DNA of 64,000 bases from Chiloscyllium plagiosum (lineage: Eukaryota), in contig NC_057755.1 of NCBI RefSeq assembly GCF_004010195.1, positions 8,745,685-8,809,684 of the forward strand. Direction: 5' to 3'. The notes below the pieces were generated by a model, which saw nothing but the letters and a program-made list of their open reading frames with translations, made no database searches and was not told where the DNA came from. Positions 13,421-26,772 of this stretch are shown piece after piece. The stretch's first letter is position 1, and each line of letters opens with the position of its first letter. The position numbers and the translations under genes are program-made.

Positions 13421-15210
13421 AGAATGGTCAGGGAGAAGGTAGGGCTGATCAGGGATAGCGGAGGGAAAGTTTGCGAGGAGACTGAGCAGATAGGGGAAGC
13501 CCTAAGTGTGGTGTTTGCTTCAGTTTTCACCAAGGAAAGGGATCTTGTTGTAAATGAAAATTTAGAGGAGCTGGGATGCAGTCTACTCCAGATTAAGATT
13601 AATGAAGATTATGTGCTAGTAGTGTTGGAAAACATTAAAATTGATAAGTCCCCAGGCCTAGACAGATTTATCCTAGGTTGCTCTGGGAAGCGAGAAAGGA
13701 GATTGATAAACCTCTCACGAGGGTATTTACCTCCTCCCGCATCCACCAATCTCCAAACGTGTCGTACCGGAGGATTGGAAGGAGGCGAACATTGTTACAC
13801 TTTTCAAGAAGAGTAATCGGGAAATCCCTGGCAATTACAGACCAGTCAGTGTCACATGTGGTCAGGAAAATTTTGGAAAGAATTCTGATGGATAGGATTT
13901 ATGAGTATTTGGCAAAGCATAATGTGATTAAAGGCAGTCAGCATGGCTTTGTGAGAGGCAGGCCAAGCCTTACAGAACTTATTTATTTCTTTGAGGAGGT
14001 GTCAGGGCAGTTCGACGATGGTCGAGCAGTGGATGTGGTGTATATGGATTTCACAAGGCATTTGATAACATTCCCCATGGTAGGCTCATGCATAAAGTCA
14101 GGAAGGATGGGATGCTGGGAGATTTGGCTATCTGGATTCAGAATTGGCTGGCTGACAGAAGGCAGAGAGTTTTTGTAGATGGAAAGTATTCTGCCTGGAA
14201 GACAGTGTTGAGTGTGGTCTCGCAGGGCTTTGTTATTGAACCTCTGCTCTTTGTAGTTTTCATAGATGACTTGGACGAGGTGGTTGAGGGGTTGTTTAGT
14301 AATTTGCAGGTGGCACAAATGTTGGAGGTGTCGTCGATTGTATAGAGGTTTATTGCAGGCTTCAGCACGACATAGACAAAATGCAAATCTGGGCTGAGAA
14401 ATGGCAGATGGAGTTCAGCCTGGATAAATGCGAAGTGATGCATTTTAGAAGGTCGAACTCGAATGCTGAATATAGGATTCAAGACAGGATTCTTCGCAGT
14501 GTACAGGAACAGGGGGATCTGGGTGTGCAAGTAGATAGATATCTCAATGTTGCTACCCAAGTGGATAGGGTAGATAAGAAAGCAAATGGTGTTTTGGCTT
14601 TCATTAACAAGGGTATCAAGTTTAAGAGCTGCGAGGTTTTGCTGCAGCTCTACAAGTCCCTGGTGAGATCACATTTGGAATATTGTGTCCAGTTCTGGTC
14701 GCCCTACTATAGGAAAGATACAGAGGCTTTGGAGAAGGTGCAAAGAAGGTTTACCAGGATGCTGCCTGGACTGGAGAGCTTGCTTTATGAAGAAAGTTTG
14801 AATAAACTCAGACTTTTCTCTCTGGACAGAAGGAGGAAGAGAGGAGACCTGACCGAGGTGTACAAAATAATGAGAGGAATAGACTGAGTCAGTAGCCATA
14901 GACTTTTCCCCAGGACAAGATTAACCGGTATGAGAAGTTATAGTTTGAAGATATTAAGAGGAAGATGTAAAGGAGACAACAGAGGTAGGCTTTTTACGCA
15001 AGAGAATTGTGAATGCATGGAATGCATTGCCAGCACTGGTGGTAGAAGCAAAGTCATTGGGGGCATGTAAGCGACTGTTGGATATGCACATGGAAAGCAG
15101 TCAGTTGAGGCGTGCGTAGTTTAAGTTACTGTATTGTACATTAGGATTAAGTCTCGCCACAACATCTTGGGCCTAAGGGCTTGATCTGTGCTGTACTCTT
15201 CTATTGTCTA
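13421..15210 (+). mobile_element. CR1-clade LINE, 5'-truncated ORF2 and tail
   Basis: FASVFTKE, DKSPG, SQHGFVRGR, AVDVVYMDF, LEYCVQFWSP, RGDLTEVYKIM; ttcta-type tail. Confidence 0.93.
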
Positions 15211-15214
15211 TATC

Positions 15215-15790
15215 CTAAAAAGTTGTCCCTTCACTATTAGTGGAAACATATTCTCCACATTCCCTCTATCCAGAATGAGTTTCATTCAGATTCTGCTCAT
15301 TCTTCCACACGCCATTGAGTACAGACCCAGAGACCTTATTATCTCCTCATATATCAAATCCCTCATTCCCGGGATCATTCTTGTCAACCTCCTCTGGACC
15401 TCATCTAACGCCAGCACATTCCTCCTAAAATAGAGGGCATAAAACTGCTGACAAAATCCAAATACGGAATGACCAGAGTCTTTTAAACCATCAGAAATAC
15501 TTTTGTATTGTAGCTGTCTAGAATTTAAATCAAACGCAAACATTGCAGTTGCCTTCATAACCAACTGACTTTGAGGCCCTTTGTATGTCAGAATTCTGAA
15601 GCCCTTCCCCATTTAGTATTAATCTGCACCACCACCTTTCCTATCACAGTGCATAACCTCTCACTTTCCCACATTGTATTCCATCTGCCACTTCTTTTCT
15701 AATTCAGCCATCCAGTCCAGGCCTTTCTGCGGCGTCCCTGCTCCCTCAACACTATCTGCCCTTTAACTTATGTCTGAATAATTTACAACC
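15215..15790 (-). mobile_element. CR1 ORF2 3' fragment
   Basis: ORF 15286-15612 NVLALDEVQRRLTRMIPGM. Confidence 0.8.
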
Positions 15791-16049
15791 TGAGCAATAC
15801 TCAGTGGAGTCGACAAACATACCAGCCATGATCAAAAGTTATAGCAGACTTGATCGTCCGAATGATCTTTTGGAAGTGTACTGTAGACGGGGACAGAGAA
15901 AAAGCCCATTGAGTCACCCTATCATTACTGACTCACCAGGAAACAGGAAACCAAGGAAAAGGGTTGGATAGTGCTCAGTGCAAGTTTTCAATTGGAGATG
16001 ATTTCTTTCAACACAGCGTCGAATGTGTCGGATTGGGAATTATAACAGC

Positions 16050-16680
16050 AATCTTTCTGCAACACATTATTCAGGGAAGTCTTGTCGAACAAATTTGAAT
16101 AATGTTGTCATGGAGGTCACTAGGTTTGTAAATGAGGGCCGAGCAGTTCATGTAGTTTGTACGGATTTCTGCAAGGATTTTGAAAAGGCCCCACACGGGA
16201 ACTGATACAGAAGTTAAAAGCTCATGGCATCCAGGGTAACTGGGCAACATGGATCCAGTATTGACTTCATGACAGGAGACAGGACTTGGGGGAACGTTAA
16301 AGGTGGGAGAAAACGCATTGATCCGTCAGAGACCAACAACAGCACGATGGTCTGAAAAGCCATCTTTTACATATCATCATTCTATGTTTCACAACTTTAG
16401 TTGTTAAAAGCATTTCTTGTGAATAATGATCATTTCCTGTAATCAATGGATCTAGCACTTTGATAGTGAACTCTCCAGAACTGGTAGAGGAAGTTGTAGC
16501 TGTTGGTATAATTACATCGTTTAAAATGCATCTGGATGGGTAAATGAATAGGAAGGGTTTAGACTGATATGGGACATATGTGGCAAATTGTACTAGATTA
16601 GGTCAGGATATTTCGTTGGCATGGACAAGTTGAACTGAAGGGTTTGTTTCCATGCTGTACATCTCCATAACTCTATAAAA
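16050..16680 (+). mobile_element. Old CR1 fragments (RT piece and 3' end)
   Basis: GKSCRTNL...EGRAVHVVCTDFCKDFEKAPHG; CR1 tail at 16480-16680. Confidence 0.7.
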
Positions 16681-16877
16681 TCCATTCCAGCTTAAAGCAG
16701 AACTCATCAGTTTTGAGGCTCTAAAATTTGTGTTCATAATAATAATAAATGAGAGAGAATCTTTAAAAGACGTCACTTCTATCTTCTCAAGACAGCATTC
16801 CACAGGCAAAGCTTCTGTCTCTCTCTTTCCCTGTCTCTTGGATTGAATGACATGATCAGAAAAAACGTGATTATTCC

Positions 16878-18270
16878 CTCAGTAATCCGAAAGTGCGGCA
16901 CTCCCTGAACAGTAACACTCTGAAAATGAGACATTCTATCAGTACTGACCGTCTGACCATGCGACACTCCATCAACATTAAGGCTTCAACAGTCCGCCAC
17001 TCCTACAGTATTAACCAACCAACAGTGGAACATTCGCTCAATACTGACCGTGTGACATTGCTGCACTTCCTCAGGTCTCATCCTCTGACAGTACAGCTCT
17101 CTGTCAGGATTGACAATCCGGCGTCTCAGCACTCCCTCAGTAGGACCTTCATTTGGTGCGGCGCTCCCTCAATACTAACATTCCGGTACTGCAATACTCC
17201 CTCAGTACTGACCCTCAGACAGTTTGGCTCTCCCTCAGTACTACACTCCGATAATGCAGCATTTCCTCAGTACTAACCGTCTGACAGAGGGGCACTCCCT
17301 CCGTACTGAACATCCTACAGTGCAGTACTCCCTCATAATTGACAATTTCCAGTGCATAACCCCCTCAGCACTGACCCAAAGACAGAACAAAACTCCCTCA
17401 GCACTGACCCTCCGACAGTGCAGCACTCCCTCAGTACTGACCTCCCGAAACTGCAGCAGTCCCTCAACACTGCTTGTCCCACAGTGTGACACTCCTTCAA
17501 TAATGACACTCTGTCAGTGTGGCAATCCCTCAGTACTGACTCTCTGGCATTTACGCATTCGCTAGTTTCTGACCTTCCGACAGTGCAGCACTCCCTCATA
17601 ACTGACGATCTGGCATTGCAAAGCTTCTTCATTATTGACCCTAAGACGGTGCGGTGTTCCTTCAGCACTGACCCTCCGACACTGCAGCACTCTTGCAGTA
17701 TTGACCCTCAGATAGTGCAGCACTCTCTCAGTACTGACCCTCCGACAGTGCAGCATTCCCTCAGTACTAACTCTCCGACAGTGCATCACTCCCTGAGTAC
17801 TGACGCTCTCTGACAGTGCAGAAATCCCTCAGCACTGACCCTATGACAGTGCGGCACATCCTCAGTACTGACCATCTGACAGTGCAGAACTCCCTCAGCA
17901 CTGACCTTCTGAAACTGCAGCGCTCCCTCATTACTGACTCTCCCACAGCGGCAGTCCCTCAGTATTGACTCTCTGGCAGTGCGGCATTCGCTCAGTACTG
18001 ACCATCCGAAAGGGCAACACTGCCTCAGTATTGATGCTGTGGCAGTGCGTTACTCCATCAGTAACAACTCTCCAACACTAGAACAGCTCCTCAATACTGA
18101 TATTTCGTCAGTGTAGCACTGCCCCAGAACTGACACTCTGACAGTGCAGCGCTCCCTCATTCCTGGCCCTCTGACAGTACGGTACTCCCTCAGTCGTGAC
18201 CCTCCGACCCTGCTACACTCCCTCAGTACTGACTCTATGACAGTGTAGCATTCATTCAAGATTGGCCCTT
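16878..18270. repeat. 33-bp tandem satellite/minisatellite, array 1
   Basis: Consensus CAGTACTGACCCTCCGACAGTGCAGCACTCCCT repeated with divergence. Confidence 0.95.
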
Positions 18271-18529
18271 CAAACCCCCAGCGATATAGACTTCACTGGA
18301 TCAATCTCCCTTGGTGCACAGCCACAGAGACTGAATGAAACCGTTGTTTTTTTTTTGTTGGGATTGATAGAGACTGAAGGAAGGGAGAGAACATCGTGAT
18401 TACCATTTCATTGATTCAGCTCGCTAATTAGTTAGTGTGGGTCATTGGGATTGGATGTGGATTTGTTTGAGATTGATCTGCAATTTGTTCTGACGTTGGG
18501 ATAGGAGTGGGAGCATGTAATGTGAGCAT

Positions 18530-19125
18530 TTATTTTGAGAGGGCAAGATTATAAGAGCAATAATGCACTGCTGAGTCTGTAGAAGATCCTCGTAAGACCA
18601 CGTTTGGAATATTGTGAGCAGTTTTGGGCCCCGTATCTAAGGAAGAATGTGCTGGTCCTGGAGGAGGAGTCCAGAGGAGGTTCACACAGAAAATCCCGAG
18701 GATGAAGATGTTATCATGTGAGGAGAGTTTGAGGACTCTGTTTCTGTACTCAATGGAATTTGGAAGGATAAGGACGGGAATCTGATCGAAACGAGTAGAA
18801 TACTGCGATTCCTGGGTAACGTGGTCGTGGAGAAGAGTGGAGATACGCGGACTCAAGGGTAAAGGGACGGCCCTGCAAAACGCAGATGTGGAGAAATGTC
18901 TTCAACCAGAGAGTTGGGAAAACTGTGGGACTCATTGCTGCAGAAAGTTATGGCCACCAAGTCATTAAGTGTCTTTAAGACAAATAGCTAGGTTCCTGAT
19001 TAATTAGGAAATGCAAGTCGACAGGGAGAAGGCAGGAGAACAGGGTTGAAGAACATATCAGCGTGGATAATTGGCAGCGGAGTCTTGATGGGGCCTAATG
19101 GCCTAATTCTGCTCCTATATGTTGT
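18530..19125 (+). mobile_element. CR1 3' fragment
   Basis: gaccacgtttggaatattgtgagcagttttgggcccc...ggcctaattctgctcctatat. Confidence 0.8.
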
Positions 19126-19269
19126 CCTGACGAAAAGTACTGTAGATCAGGAGAGAAAGAAACAAAGGGAGAATACTGCTCACTCCACGTTTCCAATTGA
19201 TGATTATTTCTCTCAACAAGGCCTCGAATGTATGGGATCAGGGAATTATATCAGCATCATTCGAGATAT

Positions 19270-20830
19270 ACTTAATGGAGGGAGATCATAAATTTGATAA
19301 ATTTGAATGAGTTTTTGAAGGATATGAGTCGGTGCGCAGATTATGGACGAACAGTCGATGTAGTTTCTACGGATTTCAGTCAGGCCTTTGAAAAGGTCCC
19401 ACATGGGAGACTCATATAGAAAGTAAAAGCTCATGGCATCCAGGATGACATGGCAAAATGGATACAGCATTGACTTAGTGTAAGATGGAGATTTGACTGA
19501 TACGTTGGCTCAGTGATTAGCACTGCTGCCTTACAGTGCCAGAAGCACGGGATAGAATCCCGTCTTTGGAGGCTTTTGCGTTCTATATAGGTGTCCACTG
19601 CATGCTCCGGTTTCTTCCCACAGTCCAAAATGTGCAGGTTAGGGAGGATTGTCCATGCTAAATTGTTCCATGGTGTCCAGGACTTTATAGCTTAGGGAGA
19701 CCAGACATGGGAAAAGTGAGGATAAGATTGGAACGGTGTGTCTGGGTAGGATACTGTTTTTCGGAGGTGTATAGTTGTGGGCCCAACGGTTCAACTGCCG
19801 TCTTCGACCAATGCAAGGATTGTAGAGGGCTGTGTATATGACTGGAGCCTGGTGTGAGGTGGTACAACACAGGGATCAGTATATGCACATATATATATAT
19901 ATATATATATATTTAAAAAAGACGAAGATGGGATGATGGAGGGGAATGAGAAGTAAGTTTGCTGATGACACTAACTGACTGACTGAAGAAGGTGTAAGGT
20001 TACAGGAGGGTTTAAATGGATTGGTCGGATGTACAGGTCATTGGTAGATGAAGGCTAAACCTGATCAGTGTGAGGTGACGCGCTGTGAGAAAAGTCATAA
20101 GCAACGGGAATACTCAATGAATGGAAAGACACTAGAAAGTTCAGCGGAACAGAGTGATCTTGAGTTGCTTATCCACAGATCCCTGAGGGTGGCACGTCAG
20201 GTCAATAGGGCAATGAAGAAGGGAAACAGGGATACTTGTGCTTATGAATCGAGGTACAGATTATAAAAGCAGGGAAGTGCTGTTGAATCTGGACGCAATT
20301 TTGGTGAGGGCACAGCTGGATTATAGTGTGCAGTTCTGATCCCCACTCTATAGGAAGGTTGCGATTGTACAGGAAGGGCTACAGAGGAGAATCACCAAGA
20401 TTTTGCATGGGATGAAGCGATGCATCGATGGAGAGAGGCCGGATAAGCTCGGGTTGATTTCTTTGGACAGAGAAGGGGGTCAGATAGAGCTGAATAAGAT
20501 TAAAATGGGGGTGGCGAAGGTGAATAGAGAATAGCTGTTACTGTTTATTAAAGGCTCAAAAACAAGGCAGGATCATTGTAACTTGAAAGGCGGGAGTGTT
20601 GTTTTTTGAGGTAAAACTGTTTTGACCCAGAAGGTGGTGGGCGTCTGGAATGGGTTGCATGAGAGGGTAGGTGAGGTGGAACATCTCACAATATTAAAAA
20701 TGTACTTGGATGAACACATGAAGTCTCAAAACATGCAAGGCTATTGGCCTTGGTCGGGAAAGTAGGATGGGTGTATATCGGTCAGGACAGATTGGATGGG
20801 CTGAAGAGCCTGTTCTATGCTTTATATCTT
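19270..20830 (+). mobile_element. Decayed CR1 ORF2/3' end interrupted by a SINE and a (TA)n tract
   Basis: DFS..F.KVPHG remnant (~19375), KFADDT (~19955), 3' tail ~20800. Confidence 0.75.
19497..19830 (+). mobile_element. HE1/V-SINE-type tRNA-derived SINE
   Basis: tggctcagtgattagcactgctgcc head; ctccggttt.ctcccacagtccaaa V-domain. Confidence 0.8.
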
Positions 20831-21070
20831 TACGACAATGAGAGAGAGAGGGATAAACTGAACGCTTCTGAATTAGCAAGTCTCTGGGGAACCACAGAGC
20901 TCACTGCTCCTGCTGCATATAAATATAGAGTGAGAGGGAGAGAACAGGAAATTATGACAAAATGGATCGCTCCTTCAGAGGCCAACACTTATGCAATGGG
21001 CTGAATGGCTGTGTTTTCCATTCCATCATTCAATGTTTCACAACTTCAGGTGTTGGAAGCGTTTCCTGTC

Positions 21071-24000
21071 TGTCACAAAGCGAGACCTTTTTTTTCTAAA
21101 AGCTGTTCCTTGACTCAAGGAACTGTGTGTTTCATTTTGTAATTTTGTGAATAAAGTTTTGTATGTTTTAAAAGCTAGTCTGCCCTTGATTTATTTTTAA
21201 ATGGGTAATAGACCAGGCAGGACTATGATCAGTCTGGTTTGGGAGAGAGATGAAAAAGGATTTTGAGAGGCTTTTTGTCTATATGTAAACGGATGAGACT
21301 TCAGGCCAAAGTGGTCATGTTTTAGAAGTGACCTGAGGAATGAAACGGGAGTAGTCAGCTCTCTCGCTGGGCAGTGTCGTTCAGTCCAGCAAAGTGGTTG
21401 GGAGTTTAACAGTGAGCTGTGTGGAAACTCACTATCCCCTTCTGACTTCAATCCGTAAGCATGTGCTCCATTTGTACTTTTTTAAAGGGGGTTTGCTTAT
21501 TGGGACTATTTTATATACTCAGATAAGCTTAAATAAATCTAGTCTGGATAGCTTGAGTTCTGTAGGGTTTCTGTCTTCTGGTCCTTATGTTTCATTTTGT
21601 AATTTTGTGAATAAATTTTTGCCTGTTTTAAAATCTAGTAGTCAACTTCGCAACCTTACTCTGGAGAATGTTCACTGTACACTTACCAAAACAAATTGCA
21701 TAGTTATGATCTAGCCTGCCTTATTAAGTCTAGACCATAACAGATGTGGGCTCTTTGCGGGATTTCAAATAGTGAGTGGTAGGTGCTAGTATCTTTGTTT
21801 CGGTTGTTGGTTTCGTTGAATAGACAAAGCTCTTTGAGTCGCCAAACGTTTTCTCGAAATAGATACGGTGACTTTGGAAGGTTTACAAAAGGTGAATATG
21901 GCCGAGCTGCAGAAATTAGCAGAGAAGCTGGACTTGGGACTGCCTGCTTCTGTGACGAAAAGATACATAATTACAGCAGTAGCTCAGCATTTAAACTTGC
22001 TGGAGAATCCTCACAATCTATAGCGATGGCAAGAATTCAGTTGCAAATGAAACAGCTCGAGTTAGAGGCGAGAGATAAGGAAATTGCAGCATAAATGAAA
22101 CAGTTTGAGTTACAATTAGAAGCAGAAGACAGGGGGAAAGAGAGAGCAGCAGAACAGAGACAACAAGAGAGAGCAGCAGAACAGATACAAAAAAAGAGAG
22201 GGCAATTGAAATTGAAGAATTGACTCTTGAAAAGGAAAATCAGCGTAAAAAGGCTGGAGATAAAGGCTGAAGTTAGACTTTGTGAGGAAGCCATGGAAGT
22301 CAGAAAACTATTGAGAAATCATTTAAGTATGTTCAAGCATTGCCTGCATTTGATTAGAAGTTTGTGGAAACCTTCTTCATCTCATTTGAAAATGTGGCTA
22401 AACAAATCCCGTTGCCAGTGGCAACGTGGGTTTTGTTGATCCAAACAAAACCTGTCAATCGAGCTCGTGAGTTATTCGCATCACTATCAGGCAGCATGCA
22501 GAGGTTTGACAACGCCATTTTAAGTGCACATGAGCTTGTACGAGAAGCCTGTAGACAACGTTTCGGGAATCTAAGGAGGAACCCGGGTCAAATCTATATT
22601 GAGTTTGAAGGGTACAAACAGAGTAATTTCTATAAATGGATAACACCATTAACAATTGAAAAAAGCTGTGATGTTTTTCGAGAGGATTTCAAAAAATCAC
22701 TGCCTGAAGTAGTACAGACTCATGTGGAAGAGCAGAGAGCTAAAACAGCAAGGTTGGAGGCTGAAGTGGCTGATGATTATGAGCTGGTCCATAAAACTCG
22801 GTTTGGCTTCCCGAATCAATTTCAGTTCATGAGGGATCGAAATTATGGCAAACAGAAATCCGTACTTGGAAAGGGAAAGATAAATCTCAGTGAAGATTGT
22901 AAGGATACATCACCACAGGAGAAAGAAAGAAACCCTTGAAGGGGGCAAAAAAGTTAAAATTTCCATTGTAATACTGTAGGCCACAAAATCACGGAGTTCG
23001 TGAGCAATGAGAAAGCCAGATGTCGGAAAATCAGACAACTTCTGGAAGTCTTGTTGGTCTAGTATCAAAAAAACACAGGGGAAGTTAGACAACTGCCTCA
23101 GAATGTACAAGATGATCAGAGGTTGATTAAGGAGGAAGTGCCAGATGTGCTTAAAAATGTACATGCCAGGGTTAAGCTTATTCACATTGGCCAGTAGAAG
23201 AAGGTGAAGAGGTTACAATATTAAGGGACACAGGATCCTCTCAGTCGGTAATGCTGAATAATGCGGATATGTGTACTGCTGAGGGACTATTGCCAAAAAA
23301 GGTTCTGGTAACAGAATTCATGGTGAGACAATACGTATTCAGTTATATAAAGTGAGGTTGGAGAGTCCAGTAAAATTTGTGGCAGGAGTACTAGACAAAA
23401 TTTCAGCTCTAGGAATACAAATTATTCTAAATGCTGTAACGGATTCACTGATAAGCGTGCTGCCTACTCTCGTCGAGACGCCTGTGGAGATGCAGACAAT
23501 GGAAGACATGAAGATTTTTTTTTCCAAGAATTTCCCTGATTGTGTGATCACACGGTCACAGGTGCACAAGTTGAAGCAGGAGAGATCAAAAGGCACAGAT
23601 AAGGATGCTGACAAATCATTATCCGTTGCCTTTTTTTGAGCAGATAAGTGGAACAGAACAGGACCAAATAGGTAAGCATGCAAGTATCTTTAGCTCTGCT
23701 AATCTTTTCAGGAAGATTAGAATTTAAAACGGTTATACCAAAAGGCATTTACAGAGAAGGAAAGTGAATGCATTCCTGTGTGTTATTACTTAACAAGTGA
23801 TGACTTAATGAGGAAATGGGGATCATCACACATTCAAGCAGATGAGAAATGGGCTGAGATTCATCAATTTGTTTTGTCGGTAGTGTAGACAAAGGAGATG
23901 CTGCAAGTGGCGCGAGAGTTACCACTTGGAGGCCATTTAGGGGTGAGGAAACTACAGGCTAAAATCCTAACGCATTTTTAGTTTGGTATACACAAGGTTG

Positions 24001-24097
24001 TTGTTGAATTTTGCCCGACTTGTCGTTCATGTCAGCAAATTGGAAAATCACAGGCAGTAATAAAACCTGCACCTTTAATATCTATTCCAGCATTTGA
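21071..24097 (+). mobile_element. Second Gmr1-like Gypsy element, 3'-truncated inside integrase
   Basis: LTR 21071-21742 (tgtcac...cataaca), Pro-type PBS remnant; SCAN-like gag (ETFFISFE..., AILSAHELVREACRQRF); protease ILRDTGSS (~23225); integrase GHLGVRK...CPTCRSCQ directly after PR; ends at the satellite. Confidence 0.9.
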
Positions 24098-26595
24098 GAC
24101 ACACGCACAACATACCACTTCTTCAGTACTGATGGTCTCACGGTGCATCACTTCCTCAGTACTAACCATTCGACAGTGCAGCACTCCCTCAGGACAGACC
24201 TTCCGATGGTGTGGCACTCCATCAGTACTGAGCCTCCTACAGTGTGGCACGCTCTCAGTACTGACCAAACAACATTGCAGTACTCTCTCACTACTGACCC
24301 TCTGACAGTGCAGCACTCCCTCATAATTGAACCTCTGACAGTGCGAAACTCCCTCAGTACAGACTCTCTGACATTGTAGCATTCCCCTTATACTGACCCA
24401 CCGATAGTATGGCACTTCCTCAGTACGGATCGTTGGACAGAGCAGCGATCCCTCAGTAGTGACCCTCTGATAATGCAGCACTCCCTCAGTACTGAGCTCC
24501 GACAGGTCTGCACACCCTGACAAGTGACCCATCTACAGTACTGCACTCCTTTAGTACTGATCCTCTGACAGTGCGGCACTCCCTCACTACAGACTCTCTG
24601 ATTGTGCAGCATTCTCACAGTGCTGACACTCTTACAGTGTTGTACTCTCTCAGTAGTGACCCGCCAACAGTTAGGCACTCTCTCCATACACACCCTCCAA
24701 CAGTGCGGGCTACCTTTAATACTGACTTTGCAACATGCGGCACTACCTCAGAACTAACCCCCTGACAGTGTGGTGCTTCCTTAAAAGTAATCCTCCAACA
24801 TTGCATCCAATCCAGAGTGCCGATGTGCTGACAGTGCGACATTCCCTCAGTACTGATTCTCCAAGAGCGTGGCACTCACTCAATAGTGAACATTTAACAG
24901 TACAGAACTACCTCAGTACTGACCCTCTAACATTGCAGCACTCCATCACTGTTGATCCTCCGACGGTGTGGCACTTCCTCAGCACTGACCTTGATATTAC
25001 AGCACTCACTCAGTATTTACTCTCTGACAGTGCAGCATTCCCTCACTACTGACCCTCCCACAGTGCAGCGTTACCTCAGTACAGTCCCTCCAAAAATGGT
25101 GCACTCCCTCAGTACTCACTATTCGACAGTATGGCACCCCGTCTCTACTGACCTTCTGTCAGTGCAGCACTCTGTCAATACTGACCCTCCGACAATGCAG
25201 TGCAGTAGAGATCCTTTGACAGTGTACTGCTTTCTTAGTTCTGACCCTCCGATAGTGCTGCATTCCCTCAGTACTGATGCTTCGATCGTGTGGCACTCTT
25301 TCTGCACTGACCCTCTGACAGTTCAGCACTTCCTCAGTACTGACAATATGACTGTGTTGTACACCCTCAGTAAGGATTATTAAACAGTGCGGCACTCCCT
25401 CAATGCTGACCCTCCAACAGTGCAGCACACTTTCATTACTGACCCTCTAACACTGCCGTGCTCCCTCAGTACTGGGGCACAGCTTCAATACTTACCGTCT
25501 CACAGCGTGCCATTTCCTCAACACGGAGTGCGGCGCACTGTCAGCACTGACCATTCGGCAGTGCACCTCAGCTCAGTACTGACCCTGTGACATGCTGCAC
25601 TACCTCAGAACTGACGCTCAGACAGTGTATGACTCCTTCTTGAGTAACCCTACAACAGGGCGTCATTCTCTCAGTACTGAATCTTCGGCAGTGCAGCTCA
25701 CACTCGGTATGGACCATCCAACAATTTGTAACTCCCTCTGTACTGACTTTCCGAGAGTGCGGCATTCCTTCAGTCTAACCTCGCTGCCATAGTCCCAATC
25801 TCTCAGTACTGACCCTCTGACTGAGTGGCACAATTTCAGTGCTAACCCACTCATAGCGTGCTACTCCCTCAGAACCGATGCTCTGACATTGCAGCGCTCC
25901 CTCAGTATGCATCATCCAACAGTATAGCACTCCCTCAGTACTGCCCATTGAGAGTGGGGCACTCCCTCAGCACTGAATCTCAGACAGTGTGGGACTGCCA
26001 CTGTGGTGGCCCTCAAACAGTGCACAACTCTCTCAGTACTGAGCATCAGACAGTGCGGCACTCGCTCAGTACTGACGCTCCGACAGTGCGGCACTCCCTC
26101 AATACTGATGCTCTGACAGTCCGGTACTCCCTCAGTACTGACACTTTGACAGTGGGGCACTCCGTCAGTACTGATCTTCCAAGAGTGAGGAACTCCCTCT
26201 GTACAGCCCTCTGACTGTGTGGCATTTCTCTCTCGAGTCCCTCTGGTCGTGCAGCATTCCCTCTGTATTGATCCTCCGACTGTACAGCCCTCCCTCAGTA
26301 AATACTGGCCCTCACTAAATACTGACCCTCCAACAGAAACAGCAGTTGGACAGTACCGACCCTCCAAAAGAGCAGCCACCCCCAACACTGACCCTCTGAC
26401 GTGTGACACTACCTCAAGTCTCAGCCTCCAACATTACAGCACTCACTCGATGCTGATATTGATCCTTCAACAGTGCAGCACTCCCTCAGTATTGATGCTT
26501 TGACACTGTAGCATTCCCTCAGTACTGAACATCTGATAGTGCGGTGCTCCCTTAGAAATGACCGTCAGAGAGTGTGGCACTCCCCCTCTACTGAG

Positions 26596-26772
26596 ATCGT
26601 GTAAATTAAACTGATTGGCCTAATCCGATTCTGTTTTTTGTCCTGTCCAGGCAAGCAGCTACTCCAGTAGCTGGACCAAATGTTACATTGTGTCTTACTG
26701 AGAACACTTAGTGCTGTCACTGCTCACGTTTAACTCTGTTAAATGGTATCGTTGAGGCACGTCTTCATAACA
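26596..26772 (-). mobile_element. 5' ~175 bp of a Gmr1-like LTR embedded in the satellite
   Basis: Reverse complement tgttatgaagacgtg...ttaggccaatcagtttaa matches 3257-3425. Confidence 0.88.

Noticed and set aside
16878..18270. V(D)J recombination signal heptamers (ACAGTG) in the satellite
   Set aside because: Consensus is GACAGTG, lacking the essential CAC, with no nonamer at 12/23 spacing and no V/J segments
22364..22939. Host SCAN-domain gene
   Set aside because: Lies between LTR/PBS and protease of a decayed retrotransposon, with stops and frameshifts on both sides
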